DNA of 64,000 nucleotides, taken from a virus. Lineage: Duplodnaviria > Caudoviricetes. Within the stretch, counting starts at the first letter, position 1, and the number at the start of each line of letters is the position of its first letter. Position numbers and translations under genes: made by a program. The stretch is from positions 1,731-65,730 of IMG/VR virus record IMGVR_UViG_3300017914_001603. One strand, written 5' to 3'. The notes beneath the pieces were generated by a model. It worked only from the letters and a program-made list of their open reading frames with translations, had not been told where the DNA came from and did not search any database. Shown piece by piece: positions 17,980-27,906 of the stretch.

Positions 17980-18138
17980 TTTCTTTTCCAAAGATTGTCC
18001 CTAAACGCAAACGCCCAAAGGATTTCTCTTCGGAAAAACTGAGCGTCCTACTATAATTTATATGTGTTCTTAACAACGATTTTTCTCACTAATCCACAAC
18101 ACCGCTCAGGTTCCCATAAAATATATTCAGTGTAAAAT

Positions 18139-18167
18139 AAAAAAAATGCGGGGGATTTCGCCCCCGC
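18139..18167 (-). terminator. Intrinsic terminator of gp18-gp19
   Basis: GCGGGGG-CGAAAT-CCCCCGC followed by a T run. Confidence 0.85.
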
Positions 18168-18178
18168 TCAAACTAGTT

Positions 18179-18706
18179 TTAACTTGTTGTATTGCTTTCC
18201 CAATACTGGTATGAGAATGTAACATCAAACTGTTCAATCTCACCACGAGTATCATAACTTAACTGGATAGGGCTTACAACTATCGGGAATGCTCCGCGAA
18301 TGTTAACACGCTTGATAACAGACTCGTCGCGATCCAATTGCTCTACAATAAGGTCTGATTGATAGTCAACAGGGTTGACCAGACCAGTGTTTGCTGCATG
18401 ACCATTGATACCATTCATCCAACGCTCCATTGGATCACGAACACCGAAATCTGTATCATTAATGATTGTGATTGTCCAATCTTCAAAGGTTCTTTCTGCT
18501 GCGACCTTTAACTCACGACCACGGAAGTTGACAGGGAATGATCCGACTGTCGACTGAGGCAACTGTGCTGCCTTACACATGAACGAACTGAGTTCAACGT
18601 CACCACCCGCATAAGCAGGATAGTTCAGAGTAACCTTGAATAGATTGGCACGAGCACCACCGCCACGCAGTTTTGACTTGAAGTCATCTACTCCTAAAAT
18701 TGCCAT
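18179..18706 (-). CDS. gp19: Tail tube protein
   Basis: FKSKLRGGGARANLFKV, FMCKAAQLP, FRGRELKVAAERTFEDWTITIIND, FDVTFSYQYWE. Confidence 0.97.
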   Translation of the reverse strand: MAILGVDDFKSKLRGGGARANLFKVTLNYPAYAGGDVELSSFMCKAAQLPQSTVGSFPVNFRGRELKVAAERTFEDWTITIINDTDFGVRDPMERWMNGINGHAANTGLVNPVDYQSDLIVEQLDRDESVIKRVNIRGAFPIVVSPIQLSYDTRGEIEQFDVTFSYQYWESNTTS

Positions 18707-18718
18707 TTCTTAATCTCC

Positions 18719-20620
18719 TTATACCAATCCAACAACTTCTTCGAAGTCTACGCCGGTTCTTGTCGCTACAAAGTTCAGTGTAACATAGTTAATAGAACGC
18801 GCAGGTTTCACAAAGATAGAAGCAACGAATGAATTGTTGTCGATAACATCAGCAGTGTTGTTTGTTTCGTCACAAACTACACGGAAATCGCTGATACCGC
18901 GACGACCCTTGATTTCACGCAGGAATGGTTCTACAATGTTCACGAACTCTGCACGAGTAAACTCGTCGTTGAATTCGAACATTACATTCTCACCTGCTGC
19001 CCTAATAGCACGCTCCATTACCAAGAACAAACGACGAACATTGATTCGATCGAATGCCGATGGACGACCCAACTTAGTCTTGTCGCCAAACAGGAGGATA
19101 CCCTGACCTGGAAGGTTTACAATTGGGTTGATTGCTGCACGGTAGAGTATATCACGCTGAGACTTTGTTGGACTAACTGCCAATGAAGTCACGCCGAGAT
19201 ATTGACCACGACGTGCACCTGCTGGAGAGAACCATGGTGCTGATACATCATCAGTCGCTGCCATAACACCTGCAGTTGAAGATGCTGCTGAGATAAACTC
19301 ATATTTGTCTTCATACTTGTTGTAGACTTTAATGAAGTTATTGTCTGCAATCAAGTAAGATGAAGGTGTGTATGTGCCAACAGTCGCAACAATTGCGCTT
19401 GTTGGGTCTGATGAGAACACTGCAGTTCTATCAGGCGAAGCGACAACAACGCAATCTTTTCTTAGACCTTGAGCAGTACCAACAAGGTCGTTGACAATAG
19501 ATGTCATCTCACCTTGTGATCCTCTCGAAGGTGCAATCAAGAAATCGACCTGAATAGTGTCGACATCTTCGTATTGGTCGAAAGCAGTGATGTAATCACC
19601 TGCCACTTTAGTGCCACGCGCACCGTCTGCCAATGAATATGACAGTACAGTTGAACCGACTGCATCGATTGCTGCCGCCCAAACCCACTCTGACTGATTG
19701 TTCAGTACATCGAGGACATAGTCGGTAGAACCGTCTTCAGTCTTAGAACCTGCTGTGGTCGACAAGAATGCGAATGTTTCTAGAACAGTCGATGCCGCAC
19801 CACTGATAACGCCATCTTCATCGATGACCGCAACATGAACTTCGCCAGAAGCAGGTGCTGCATCAAACTGTGTGTTATATGCCCAAGCAGCAAATGCCGC
19901 AGGTGGACAAATCTCAACTGAAAGAGAGTTACCCACAGTTCCTGGATATTTTGCAACGATCTTTTGCGCAGTAAGACCAGAAGATTGATTGTTCCAATCA
20001 TCCAAGTTCTTAACCTGTACGCCACTAACTGTTGTCTCGTAAGTATAGGTGACAGTGATTGGTGGAAGACCAGCACTATCTGCCATCAAACGAGTATTAC
20101 CGGTTGTTGGGTTTACAGTCGCGGTTGGCGTAAATGTTGAACCGTCGCTATCGTATGTCGCTGAAAGGGACAAGATATCGCTAGTTGGATCAACACGAAC
20201 GCTTAATTCGTAGAAGTATGTTGTAACATCATCACTATCTGAGATCAGAACACCTGGATCGGTTTCTGATTGCAAAGAAATGTTATCTGTTTGAGTGATA
20301 ACAGAAGTTCCTGATCCTGCAACAGCAGTAGCATTAAGATCTGCATCTGAGATAACACGGGTGACGAATGCATTTGAAGAGTATTTGAGGAAGTATGCCG
20401 CAGACAAAAAATCTGTTGCTGGCGCACCACCATCTAATGAAGGGGAACCAAATGTGTTCGCCAGTTCTGCTTCGTTAGCGATGCGAACTGGTTTTTCTGC
20501 TGGACCCCAGTTAAAATCTCCGACTAATGCGCCAGTTGTAGAAGTGACCGCAGGGACAACACCCGACAAATCGATTTCTTTAATAGCGACACTCGGGGAT
20601 TCAGACAATTTAAGAGCCAT
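18719..20620 (-). CDS. gp18: Tail sheath protein
   Basis: SPSVAIKEIDLS, GDFNWGP, PWFSPAGARRG, LFGDKT...SAFDRINVRRLF, IFVKPARSINYVTLNFVATRTG. Confidence 0.98.
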   Translation of the reverse strand: MALKLSESPSVAIKEIDLSGVVPAVTSTTGALVGDFNWGPAEKPVRIANEAELANTFGSPSLDGGAPATDFLSAAYFLKYSSNAFVTRVISDADLNATAVAGSGTSVITQTDNISLQSETDPGVLISDSDDVTTYFYELSVRVDPTSDILSLSATYDSDGSTFTPTATVNPTTGNTRLMADSAGLPPITVTYTYETTVSGVQVKNLDDWNNQSSGLTAQKIVAKYPGTVGNSLSVEICPPAAFAAWAYNTQFDAAPASGEVHVAVIDEDGVISGAASTVLETFAFLSTTAGSKTEDGSTDYVLDVLNNQSEWVWAAAIDAVGSTVLSYSLADGARGTKVAGDYITAFDQYEDVDTIQVDFLIAPSRGSQGEMTSIVNDLVGTAQGLRKDCVVVASPDRTAVFSSDPTSAIVATVGTYTPSSYLIADNNFIKVYNKYEDKYEFISAASSTAGVMAATDDVSAPWFSPAGARRGQYLGVTSLAVSPTKSQRDILYRAAINPIVNLPGQGILLFGDKTKLGRPSAFDRINVRRLFLVMERAIRAAGENVMFEFNDEFTRAEFVNIVEPFLREIKGRRGISDFRVVCDETNNTADVIDNNSFVASIFVKPARSINYVTLNFVATRTGVDFEEVVGLV

Positions 20621-20690
20621 AATCGTGTCCTTTTTTCGTTAAGTTATGATAAGAATTCATAATACGGTTAATTTTTCATCAACTAATGAT

Positions 20691-20698
20691 TATTTATA
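20691..20698 (-). promoter_or_regulatory. T4-type late promoter
   Basis: Exact TATAAATA upstream of gp18. Confidence 0.8.
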
Positions 20699-20723
20699 CT
20701 TAGGAAAAATTAAAGAAATACGA

Positions 20724-22337
20724 TCAATATGTGTCGGGTTCTCTCCAGATCTGCCACTCTGCGAACTTATTGTTCTCTTGTTCTTCATAGTGCTGAATCG
20801 CCGAACTGCCGTCATCAATAAACCCGAACGGAACCATGTCGTCTTCAATCTGTTTCATCTGTTGCTCGAACATCATTTGCTTTAGATTGATATCTGTCAT
20901 ATCCGAGAACATCTGAGTCGAGACAAAGTATCCGAACATCACGAGATTCATCATCAAGTCGTCGTGGTTCCCATCACTCGCCTCATACGAAACTCCCTTC
21001 GAGACGAACGTAGAAATTTCCATGATGGTATTTTCGTCGACGACGTGAAGTTTCTTTTCTTCGAGCAAGTCTTTGATACCGGAACAACCGAGTCGTTTGA
21101 CCTTTCGGTTCATCTCAATACCAATCGCGTTCGCCTTGACTGCCGACTCGACGTGCACGTTTTCATACTCCAGATCATAGTACAGACCATTACAGACGAC
21201 TGCCCCTTGATCATTAGATTCAACAACCACATATGCGTTGTTGTAGGCTTTCGCGATTTTATAGATAATATCAGGGAAGAGTATTGGAGAAATAGTATTA
21301 TTCCGATACACGGCGACCTGACGGAACGGGCGTGCAGTAATGTCGATTATAATAAAAGTCGAATAGTCCTGACCTCTTCCTTTTGCTACATCGACGGTCA
21401 TGATGTATTCATGATTCGTTTTTGTTTCTTCAAAAATGGAGAGGCATCCGTTTTCCAAAATACTTTTGGGAGGGGTTGCTCTAAAGTCAAGGAGTGTGGC
21501 GGCACCAATTAGGGTGTCGCCCGTTCCGAAAAACGTATTTCCAAATTCTTGATCGAATTGCATCTGAGATGTGTTCGATATAGTTTCCTCTTTCCACTTC
21601 TCGTCTCGACCTGGAACGTCCCACCAGTTTACTGTGAACGCATGATATTCATTTGTCTTCTGAACCGCACCTTCCCAAATCTTATGGAAGGTATTACCGA
21701 TGCCGTTAGCAGTAGAGGTGATGATAACCTTTGTATCCTTACCCGAAGAAACAACCGGATAAGTTGAGGTGTAAAATTCTGCGGCACGTTCCACGAACGC
21801 AAACTCGTCAAGGAACAAGAGGTTGACCGACATACCACGAATAGATGATCCGGAAGTCGCTGCAGCGATAATACGAGAGTTATTGGAGAACTCAATCGAA
21901 CCTTTGTTTAATGCACGACAACCTGGCTGTAAGAAGAATGGAAGGTTCTCGAGCGCGAGGGTAACGCGTGCCAACATTTCTCTTGCGGTAGCACCTTTGT
22001 TAGCGAGAACAGCAATCGTTTTCTCTGGATGAAATATAGCATACCACAGAAGATATACAACGGATGAAATACTCTTTCCGCTCTGACGACAAGCAAGGAC
22101 AATGCTGAAACGATTGTCATTGAAATGATCGAACATTTTTTCTTGATATGGATACAAATTGAAGTTGACGAGACCACGATCAAGAGATATAATCTTAACG
22201 TAAGTGCACGCAAAGTATGCAGGATCATTGAGACACTTGGCATACTCTTTGACTTCATGTTCAGTCCATTGTTGCTGAACACCGTCTTTCTTTACATTCG
22301 GATTTCCGAGATAACTATCATTCGTCCTGACTATCAA
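20724..22337 (-). CDS. gp17: Terminase large subunit
   Basis: YLGNPNVK, ACRQSGKS (Walker A), LFLDEFAFV (Walker B), ITSTANG, MTVDVAKGRGQDYS, HDDLMM. Confidence 0.98.
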   Translation of the reverse strand: MIVRTNDSYLGNPNVKKDGVQQQWTEHEVKEYAKCLNDPAYFACTYVKIISLDRGLVNFNLYPYQEKMFDHFNDNRFSIVLACRQSGKSISSVVYLLWYAIFHPEKTIAVLANKGATAREMLARVTLALENLPFFLQPGCRALNKGSIEFSNNSRIIAAATSGSSIRGMSVNLLFLDEFAFVERAAEFYTSTYPVVSSGKDTKVIITSTANGIGNTFHKIWEGAVQKTNEYHAFTVNWWDVPGRDEKWKEETISNTSQMQFDQEFGNTFFGTGDTLIGAATLLDFRATPPKSILENGCLSIFEETKTNHEYIMTVDVAKGRGQDYSTFIIIDITARPFRQVAVYRNNTISPILFPDIIYKIAKAYNNAYVVVESNDQGAVVCNGLYYDLEYENVHVESAVKANAIGIEMNRKVKRLGCSGIKDLLEEKKLHVVDENTIMEISTFVSKGVSYEASDGNHDDLMMNLVMFGYFVSTQMFSDMTDINLKQMMFEQQMKQIEDDMVPFGFIDDGSSAIQHYEEQENNKFAEWQIWREPDTY

Positions 22338-22674
22338 CTTCGATCACCTTCTCATCTGTCTGATGAAGCAATCTCTGTAGATCAGTGGTACTTCCAATAA
22401 ATACATTATTATTGGTGATTGCTTTCGCTTCTTCCTCTTTTGGTTCCTGAGTAATTTCTTTGTTTTTCTTATTCAGGTCCATGAGTTTATCGGTGACGTC
22501 TGCAATATTCTTAATCATACCAGAAAGCACTTCGAATGCTCTTGGGTGCTCAGACTCCCGCGCGACTTCCATCATCAAGTCGAGTCCTCGCTTACCGTTT
22601 TCAATCAGGTCAAGGTATGTATCACGAGAAGTTTCGTAATCGTCCTTGATGTTCTTCTTATCTTGATCAGTCAA
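22318..22674 (-). CDS. gp16: Terminase small subunit
   Basis: DDYETSRDTY, VARESEHPRAFEV, NNNVFIGSTTDLQRLL. Probable TTG start at 22674 (SD AGGA), overlapping the cupin stop, rather than 22761. Confidence 0.9.
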   Translation of the reverse strand: MTDQDKKNIKDDYETSRDTYLDLIENGKRGLDLMMEVARESEHPRAFEVLSGMIKNIADVTDKLMDLNKKNKEITQEPKEEEAKAITNNNVFIGSTTDLQRLLHQTDEKVIEVDSQDE

Positions 22675-23032
22675 GTTTCTGTCCTGTAGTTCTTCTGACG
22701 ATGTCGTCACCATTAAACTCAGACCAGTAAAGTTCGAATGCAACACCGTCCTCGACACCAACGAACTGATGCCACTTTAGAGGTTCGACCTTATAGTAAT
22801 CCCCAGCACGCAATACAGTTTGATCGCACAACATGTTCTTTCGCGTTTCATTCGGTTCTTCTTGCCAAGTCTTTACAAGTAAGACTCCAGACTCAACAAA
22901 GAAACCGTTCCACTTTGTTTTGTGGTAATGCTCCGAGCAACAATGATTCGATTTAAATTCAATTCTATGGAACTCAAACGAACCATTATTTTCAATTAAT
23001 TGGGTTGTTCCCCACACCTTTCCTGATTTCAT
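22667..23032 (-). CDS. Cupin-fold protein (sugar isomerase/epimerase-like)
   Basis: KVWG, CSEHYHKTKWNGFFVESG and WHQF cupin metal-binding motifs. Confidence 0.75.
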   Translation of the reverse strand: MKSGKVWGTTQLIENNGSFEFHRIEFKSNHCCSEHYHKTKWNGFFVESGVLLVKTWQEEPNETRKNMLCDQTVLRAGDYYKVEPLKWHQFVGVEDGVAFELYWSEFNGDDIVRRTTGQKLD

Positions 23033-23034
23033 AA

Positions 23035-26000
23035 TTAAGACCTTGTTACCGAATGTTTAAATCCGTCTTGCTGCGCTCCCATTGTATATGTAGCACCATC
23101 GTTACCGGTCACTTGAGTGAGCGGCGAACTAGCGTCGAACAAATTAAATACAGTCACTCCGTTCCAAACGACCTCAATTAACCATTCTGGATATTCTTCT
23201 TGATCAACTAACTCGACATAATAGTAGAAATTGTTTTCGTCGTAAAAAGTTCCACTAGTGGGTGCGATATCGTTTATTGAAACTGTCTTCAATGCCAAAG
23301 AAGCACCAAACCCTGCTGCATTATGAGAATCATAAACACCGAATGTGTATGAGTCGTCAACGGTGTCTGCGTTTTCTACCGTATCGACCCTAAATGTACC
23401 ACTGTTCGAAGAAGTCGAGAACGTTCCGACCGCAGGATAGGAAGTAGAAAAATCGTCGAAGTTACCTACAGTGGAATAATGGAACTTCCAACCTGAAGGA
23501 ATTGTTGATAATGTATCGGCGCTCATCTGTACGCCGGTTGAGATAACAGATGTGATAGTTCCAGGAATATTTGCTTCGTTCGTTTCCATTCCTGTTTGAA
23601 GTAGCGAAGTGTCATCAAGATAAATGAATCTTGTTCCGGAGGCAATGCTCTGTGTGGTTTCAGCAGGATAGACATTTACCGGTCTGAAATAAAATGTATC
23701 GTCTGGTATGTTATTTCCCGAGAATGTGAAGTTAATTGTGTCGCCTTCATTCGCCGAATCATTTGTAAGGTCTGTAACCAGAGTCGCGTCAATGTCTTCA
23801 TCGTTTAATGTGAAGGTATCTGTTCCGACAATATCGCCTAATGCGTCATCAAACCTGACTGTTACTGTTCCGGTCTGTGGTCCATTATATGTGTTGTCCA
23901 CAGTCGTGCTAAAATATACTGGTTTGAATCCAGTGCTATTCACTGAAACGGTTCGTTCAGTTGTGGTGAACCTTCCAACAACACCAGATCCAGTAATTTT
24001 GACATGCATTGTTTCTGTTTCGCTTGCATTGACTGGAGTTATGATAACCGCGTGTGTATTGCCTTCTGTGGTATTTCCAGAAGAGACAGTATATGTTGGA
24101 ACGCTGGTATCCGAAATCGTGATTGTTGAGGATTGTGAGATGATAGCACCGAATGGTTGCTTTGACACATAAATTTGAAATGTCTCGTTGCCTTCCCTTG
24201 TATTGTCTGCCTTCAGGTCCAACTGGATGTTTCCATATCCACCAACAACAGTGAACTGTTCGCCGCCGTAAGTCGGCCAACCGGCATCAAAGTCGCTTGA
24301 ACTTACACCCGTTCCAGCGATACCATAGTAATAATCTCCATCAACGTCTGTTGTATAGAATTGAGTGTTGAATGTCGTCGACTCATCGATGCTTGTCGAT
24401 GAAGGCGTCAGTGTATAAATTGCACTGCCAAGAATAGAATAATCGAGTGTTGCCAATACATCCCCACCGCTTCGAACATATACTCTGAATTCTTCTTCTG
24501 ATACGTCAGTATTCGCAGCGAAAGAAAGCGAAGTCGAACCAGTTCCGCCCGTAATTGTAACTGTTCTCGGAGAACCAGTTAAAGGTGGAGTTGCAGGAAC
24601 AAAATCTGAATTGTTTGTTCCACCCGCCAAATGTTCGATATAGAACTCAACCGGAGTGTCCGGAATATTGCTTCCTCCAATTGTAAATGTAGTCGAAGAA
24701 CCTTCTTGACCGATCGTTGGAGATGGTGTGATTGTATACTCTGGTGCTGCGTCAGTAATAGTGAATGAGTCAGTATCTTGGAATGCAATGCCAACAGTAT
24801 CTACGGTCACTGTTCTACTAATTGGACCTTCGAAAGTGCTTGACGGTGTTGTGCTCGTTAGAGTATAATTGCCGTTCTCTGCCGTAATTTCAAACGAACC
24901 AGAAGTATTGTCCAATCTTGGATCACTCGGAATCGACCAATTAACCGTTCTTCCGACTGTAGTTGGATCGACTTGTAGAGTAGCGACAACATCTTCGCCT
25001 TCAACGATATCGCTTACAGTTAAATTGAATATCGCTGTTTTTTCTTGAACCTCAATAACAATATTTCCTTTCGGCAACCCACCAGTCGGTTCTGTTTGTA
25101 ATCCTACTCTAAATTTTTCGACCCCTTCGTTACTCGGGTCTGTTATTGTTCTGAGTGAAAATGAACCAGTACTGCTGGTCAATGCGAACGGTGCAGCGGA
25201 TGAAGCCCTTGGGGGTGTAACAGTAAAGTCGTCATCATTAGTTGGACTTAGTCCGTTAGAGTCTCCATGTTCAACATAATAAAATAATGTTGCATTTCCA
25301 TTGTTCGGAACATTTGTTCCCTCAACATTGAAAGTAATTATATCGCCTTCATCCGGAGTGAAATCGCTCGGCGTAATTGTATATGACGAAACTACATCTT
25401 TTAGGTTGATGACAGAAGATGTTTGAGATCTCCCTTCCTGATCTTCAACCAATACAGTGAATACTTCAGTGCCTTCTGCTTCGTCCGAATCTGTTCGGGT
25501 TTGCAAATTAAATCTACCGACCGCTGTACCAGAACTGTCGTTAATTGGTAAGTATGCTCTAGAATCGCTCGAAGGAACTGTTTGCGCGAAATCAGAATCT
25601 GAGGTTGTCTGATGCGAAACATAATAAAAGAGTGCGCCAATGTTTTCCGGAACATCAGTACCAACAACAGCATAGTCGAAAGTCGAACCTTCGAATCCGC
25701 TATCTGCAGGTGCAACACTAATCGAATAAGAAGGTGTTGGTCTTTGTGTTACCGACAAAGCATCCATGAGAGTATTGACACCGACCTGTACGTCTTCTTC
25801 GATCAATACTTCAGCGCCAAGGTACATTCCGGCCGGATGCGCGAACGTTTTAAATGTTTCTCTCCATTTCGATATCGGTACTCCGGCACGAACAAGGAGA
25901 GCGAATGTTTGATACAGTTTATCGTCAGTGATATATCGAAGTGAATCTGATCCAATTCTAGACTCAGTTTCGCCAATCTTAAAAATATTTTCTTTGGTGT

Positions 26001-26394
26001 AGATTACTTCAGCATCGATGCCATAGAAAGAACGGAAGAACCATTCAATCGCGAATTTAGTTCCCTTTGATCTGAAAAGAATATTCGAGAAATTTGCTGA
26101 TGCCCTTTTCTGTGCTTCGGTTTGGCCAAACCCTTCGAAGTATGCTTCACCCAAAAGCAGTTCGTCTTCGATATACGACAGCAAGGTAATATCGGTCTCA
26201 TTGACGTCGCGTGATGCGAATATGTGCGAAAGCAATTCAGTCGAATGATCCGAATCCATAAAGTCGTAATACTTCTCCAGCAGAGAAATAAATTTTGGAT
26301 ACGAGGTGTCGAAGTGTTCCGGAAGAACACCCGTTACTTTCGCGTCTCGAAGATTTATGAACCTTCGTTTTTTGTCAATGAAGTTATTATGCAT
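23035..26394 (-). CDS. Baseplate wedge protein (gp7-like N-terminus) fused to tandem Ig/Calx-beta-like domains
   Basis: LPEHF..YPKFISLLEKYYDFM, FRSKGT..AIEWFFRSFYG, HPAGMY, then several ~100-aa repeats YxITPS...EG.T.TF...DF...EG.E.F.V. Confidence 0.7.
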   Translation of the reverse strand: MHNNFIDKKRRFINLRDAKVTGVLPEHFDTSYPKFISLLEKYYDFMDSDHSTELLSHIFASRDVNETDITLLSYIEDELLLGEAYFEGFGQTEAQKRASANFSNILFRSKGTKFAIEWFFRSFYGIDAEVIYTKENIFKIGETESRIGSDSLRYITDDKLYQTFALLVRAGVPISKWRETFKTFAHPAGMYLGAEVLIEEDVQVGVNTLMDALSVTQRPTPSYSISVAPADSGFEGSTFDYAVVGTDVPENIGALFYYVSHQTTSDSDFAQTVPSSDSRAYLPINDSSGTAVGRFNLQTRTDSDEAEGTEVFTVLVEDQEGRSQTSSVINLKDVVSSYTITPSDFTPDEGDIITFNVEGTNVPNNGNATLFYYVEHGDSNGLSPTNDDDFTVTPPRASSAAPFALTSSTGSFSLRTITDPSNEGVEKFRVGLQTEPTGGLPKGNIVIEVQEKTAIFNLTVSDIVEGEDVVATLQVDPTTVGRTVNWSIPSDPRLDNTSGSFEITAENGNYTLTSTTPSSTFEGPISRTVTVDTVGIAFQDTDSFTITDAAPEYTITPSPTIGQEGSSTTFTIGGSNIPDTPVEFYIEHLAGGTNNSDFVPATPPLTGSPRTVTITGGTGSTSLSFAANTDVSEEEFRVYVRSGGDVLATLDYSILGSAIYTLTPSSTSIDESTTFNTQFYTTDVDGDYYYGIAGTGVSSSDFDAGWPTYGGEQFTVVGGYGNIQLDLKADNTREGNETFQIYVSKQPFGAIISQSSTITISDTSVPTYTVSSGNTTEGNTHAVIITPVNASETETMHVKITGSGVVGRFTTTERTVSVNSTGFKPVYFSTTVDNTYNGPQTGTVTVRFDDALGDIVGTDTFTLNDEDIDATLVTDLTNDSANEGDTINFTFSGNNIPDDTFYFRPVNVYPAETTQSIASGTRFIYLDDTSLLQTGMETNEANIPGTITSVISTGVQMSADTLSTIPSGWKFHYSTVGNFDDFSTSYPAVGTFSTSSNSGTFRVDTVENADTVDDSYTFGVYDSHNAAGFGASLALKTVSINDIAPTSGTFYDENNFYYYVELVDQEEYPEWLIEVVWNGVTVFNLFDASSPLTQVTGNDGATYTMGAQQDGFKHSVTRS

Positions 26395-26402
26395 ACTATT
26401 AT

Positions 26403-26855
26403 TTATGCTGGTTCAGTTGGCCATACCACCACTTCTAGTGATGCAGGTGATGATTGGTTCAATGGTAAGTCACGAAGGGACTGACGATAATCCGCCCACT
26501 CAGTTTTCTTTGCGTCTGTTAATGGACTGTCAGCCATCTGTGTCCAGTCAGATGCGCGAAGTTTTGTGTTTCTTTTAAAACGTACCTGAGTCATTACGGT
26601 TTCATTGTCCCACGTCCAAGTGCTGGTAGTCGCGTCCCACGTACAGTAATCATTCGGCGCTGCTTCGCGGGTTTGCCACACACTACCGTCCCAATAGTGC
26701 GTTTTCATCCACTCAGATCTTTCTGAGATTTGAAAATCAACGTGTACCACCGTGTATCCATTCTCATCTAGACCTTCGGCGGGCAAATTGCCGATAGCAT
26801 TCTGTAACATAATTACTTGTTGATCTTTGACATAAGCAACGTGATGAGTTGTCAT
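26403..26855 (-). CDS. Tail fibre assembly chaperone
   Basis: C-terminal RNTKLRASDWTQMADSPL....WADYRQSLRDLP...WPTEP motif of phage tail assembly chaperones. Confidence 0.85.
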   Translation of the reverse strand: MTTHHVAYVKDQQVIMLQNAIGNLPAEGLDENGYTVVHVDFQISERSEWMKTHYWDGSVWQTREAAPNDYCTWDATTSTWTWDNETVMTQVRFKRNTKLRASDWTQMADSPLTDAKKTEWADYRQSLRDLPLNQSSPASLEVVVWPTEPA

Positions 26856-27607
26856 GATAATGTTCCTATTAAAATTTGTGAATCTATTCTTGGAAAAAAT
26901 TGTATTACTTCTGGATATTCTTCTCCTCCGGACGTCGGGAGTTCTTCTTCAGATCTTTCAATTCCTGACTCCCCTGCTCTTACTTGAATTGGAGAGGATT
27001 GAAGTCGAAATCCTGCTATCTGATAACTCGCTAAGGGGCCATCCGCAGTTGATCTGTCATAATAACTCCAAACGCTTGGAAAATTTGGGTTACCACCAAA
27101 GTGCGTTAAAGAAATGTATTGACTTCCATTTGCTATCGTTGTGTAATTACTATTACCGCCCACATCTGGATAAGAAAATGAATCAACAATTTGAAAATGA
27201 TTCGCACCGACTGTTCGCGAATCGAACTGTATAGTCCCGTCTTCATTAAAGATTTGAAACCCATAATTCTCATTGCTGTTTATATTTTTTGAGGGAGAGA
27301 TAATAAAATAATCGAAAGTAAAAGAAGTTATTGTTGAACCTGAGAATTCAGGATTTGCTCTATAAAAATCAAATGTCTGGGTGGTTGCTGTGTTGGGGGT
27401 TGGGTATCCCTGTTCTTCTGCAAAATAAGTAAGATTATTATTTGCTGTTTGACTCCCACTAGGAATTTTAACGAATAAAATATCGCCCAATGTCAAGGTG
27501 ACCGATGATGCACTCCCAGAACTTTTTACAACATAGCTGTCCATTTCCCTTGTTGTATCAAACATCAATTGACCAAAAGCATTAAAGATTTGTAATCCGT
27601 ATGACAT
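26852..27607 (-). CDS. Tail-tip accessory protein with two YG(L/F)QIFN..G...FD domains
   Basis: MSYGLQIFNAFGQLMFDT and NYGFQIFNEDGTIQFDS, a motif typical of small genes following J-like central fibres. Confidence 0.6.
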   Translation of the reverse strand: MSYGLQIFNAFGQLMFDTTREMDSYVVKSSGSASSVTLTLGDILFVKIPSGSQTANNNLTYFAEEQGYPTPNTATTQTFDFYRANPEFSGSTITSFTFDYFIISPSKNINSNENYGFQIFNEDGTIQFDSRTVGANHFQIVDSFSYPDVGGNSNYTTIANGSQYISLTHFGGNPNFPSVWSYYDRSTADGPLASYQIAGFRLQSSPIQVRAGESGIERSEEELPTSGGEEYPEVIQFFPRIDSQILIGTLS

Positions 27608-27903
27608 TATGCTAACCTAAAAACAAATACATCGAAAATTACATCACCCGAACCAGAATTAGTGATTGTCAATGTGTTGGTTGATGTGGACACTGAAATT
27701 CCATCCGTCTGTTGATCCGGAAAAAGTCCATACGCAATTTTATTAGAATCTTGGACATCTTCAATGGTAACATCAACAGTACCGCCACCGCCAGTAGCAG
27801 TGACGTTGGAAACCGAAATGGTTTCTTCGTTTAAAATTACATCAGAAGCAGATGTAATGATAGGGTCGCCGTTCGAATTTTGAACTTCAATTCCGTCTGC
27901 CAT
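27607..27903 (-). CDS. Small tail-tip accessory protein
   Basis: MADGIEVQNSNGDPII start resembles the YG..I.N..G family; coupled to the 1168-aa fibre. Confidence 0.55.
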   Translation of the reverse strand: MADGIEVQNSNGDPIITSASDVILNEETISVSNVTATGGGGTVDVTIEDVQDSNKIAYGLFPDQQTDGISVSTSTNTLTITNSGSGDVIFDVFVFRLA

Positions 27904-27906
27904 ATG

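Noticed and set aside
18040-18109. CTGAGCG/CGCTCAG inverted pair in the gp19-gp20 spacer as a structured RNA
   Set aside because: Only 7 bp and no further support; a near-consensus late promoter (TATAAATT) lies between the arms.
20724-22337. Intein or intron in terminase, portal, capsid or sheath genes
   Set aside because: Lengths are normal, conserved motifs are contiguous, and no splicing motifs or homing endonuclease are seen.
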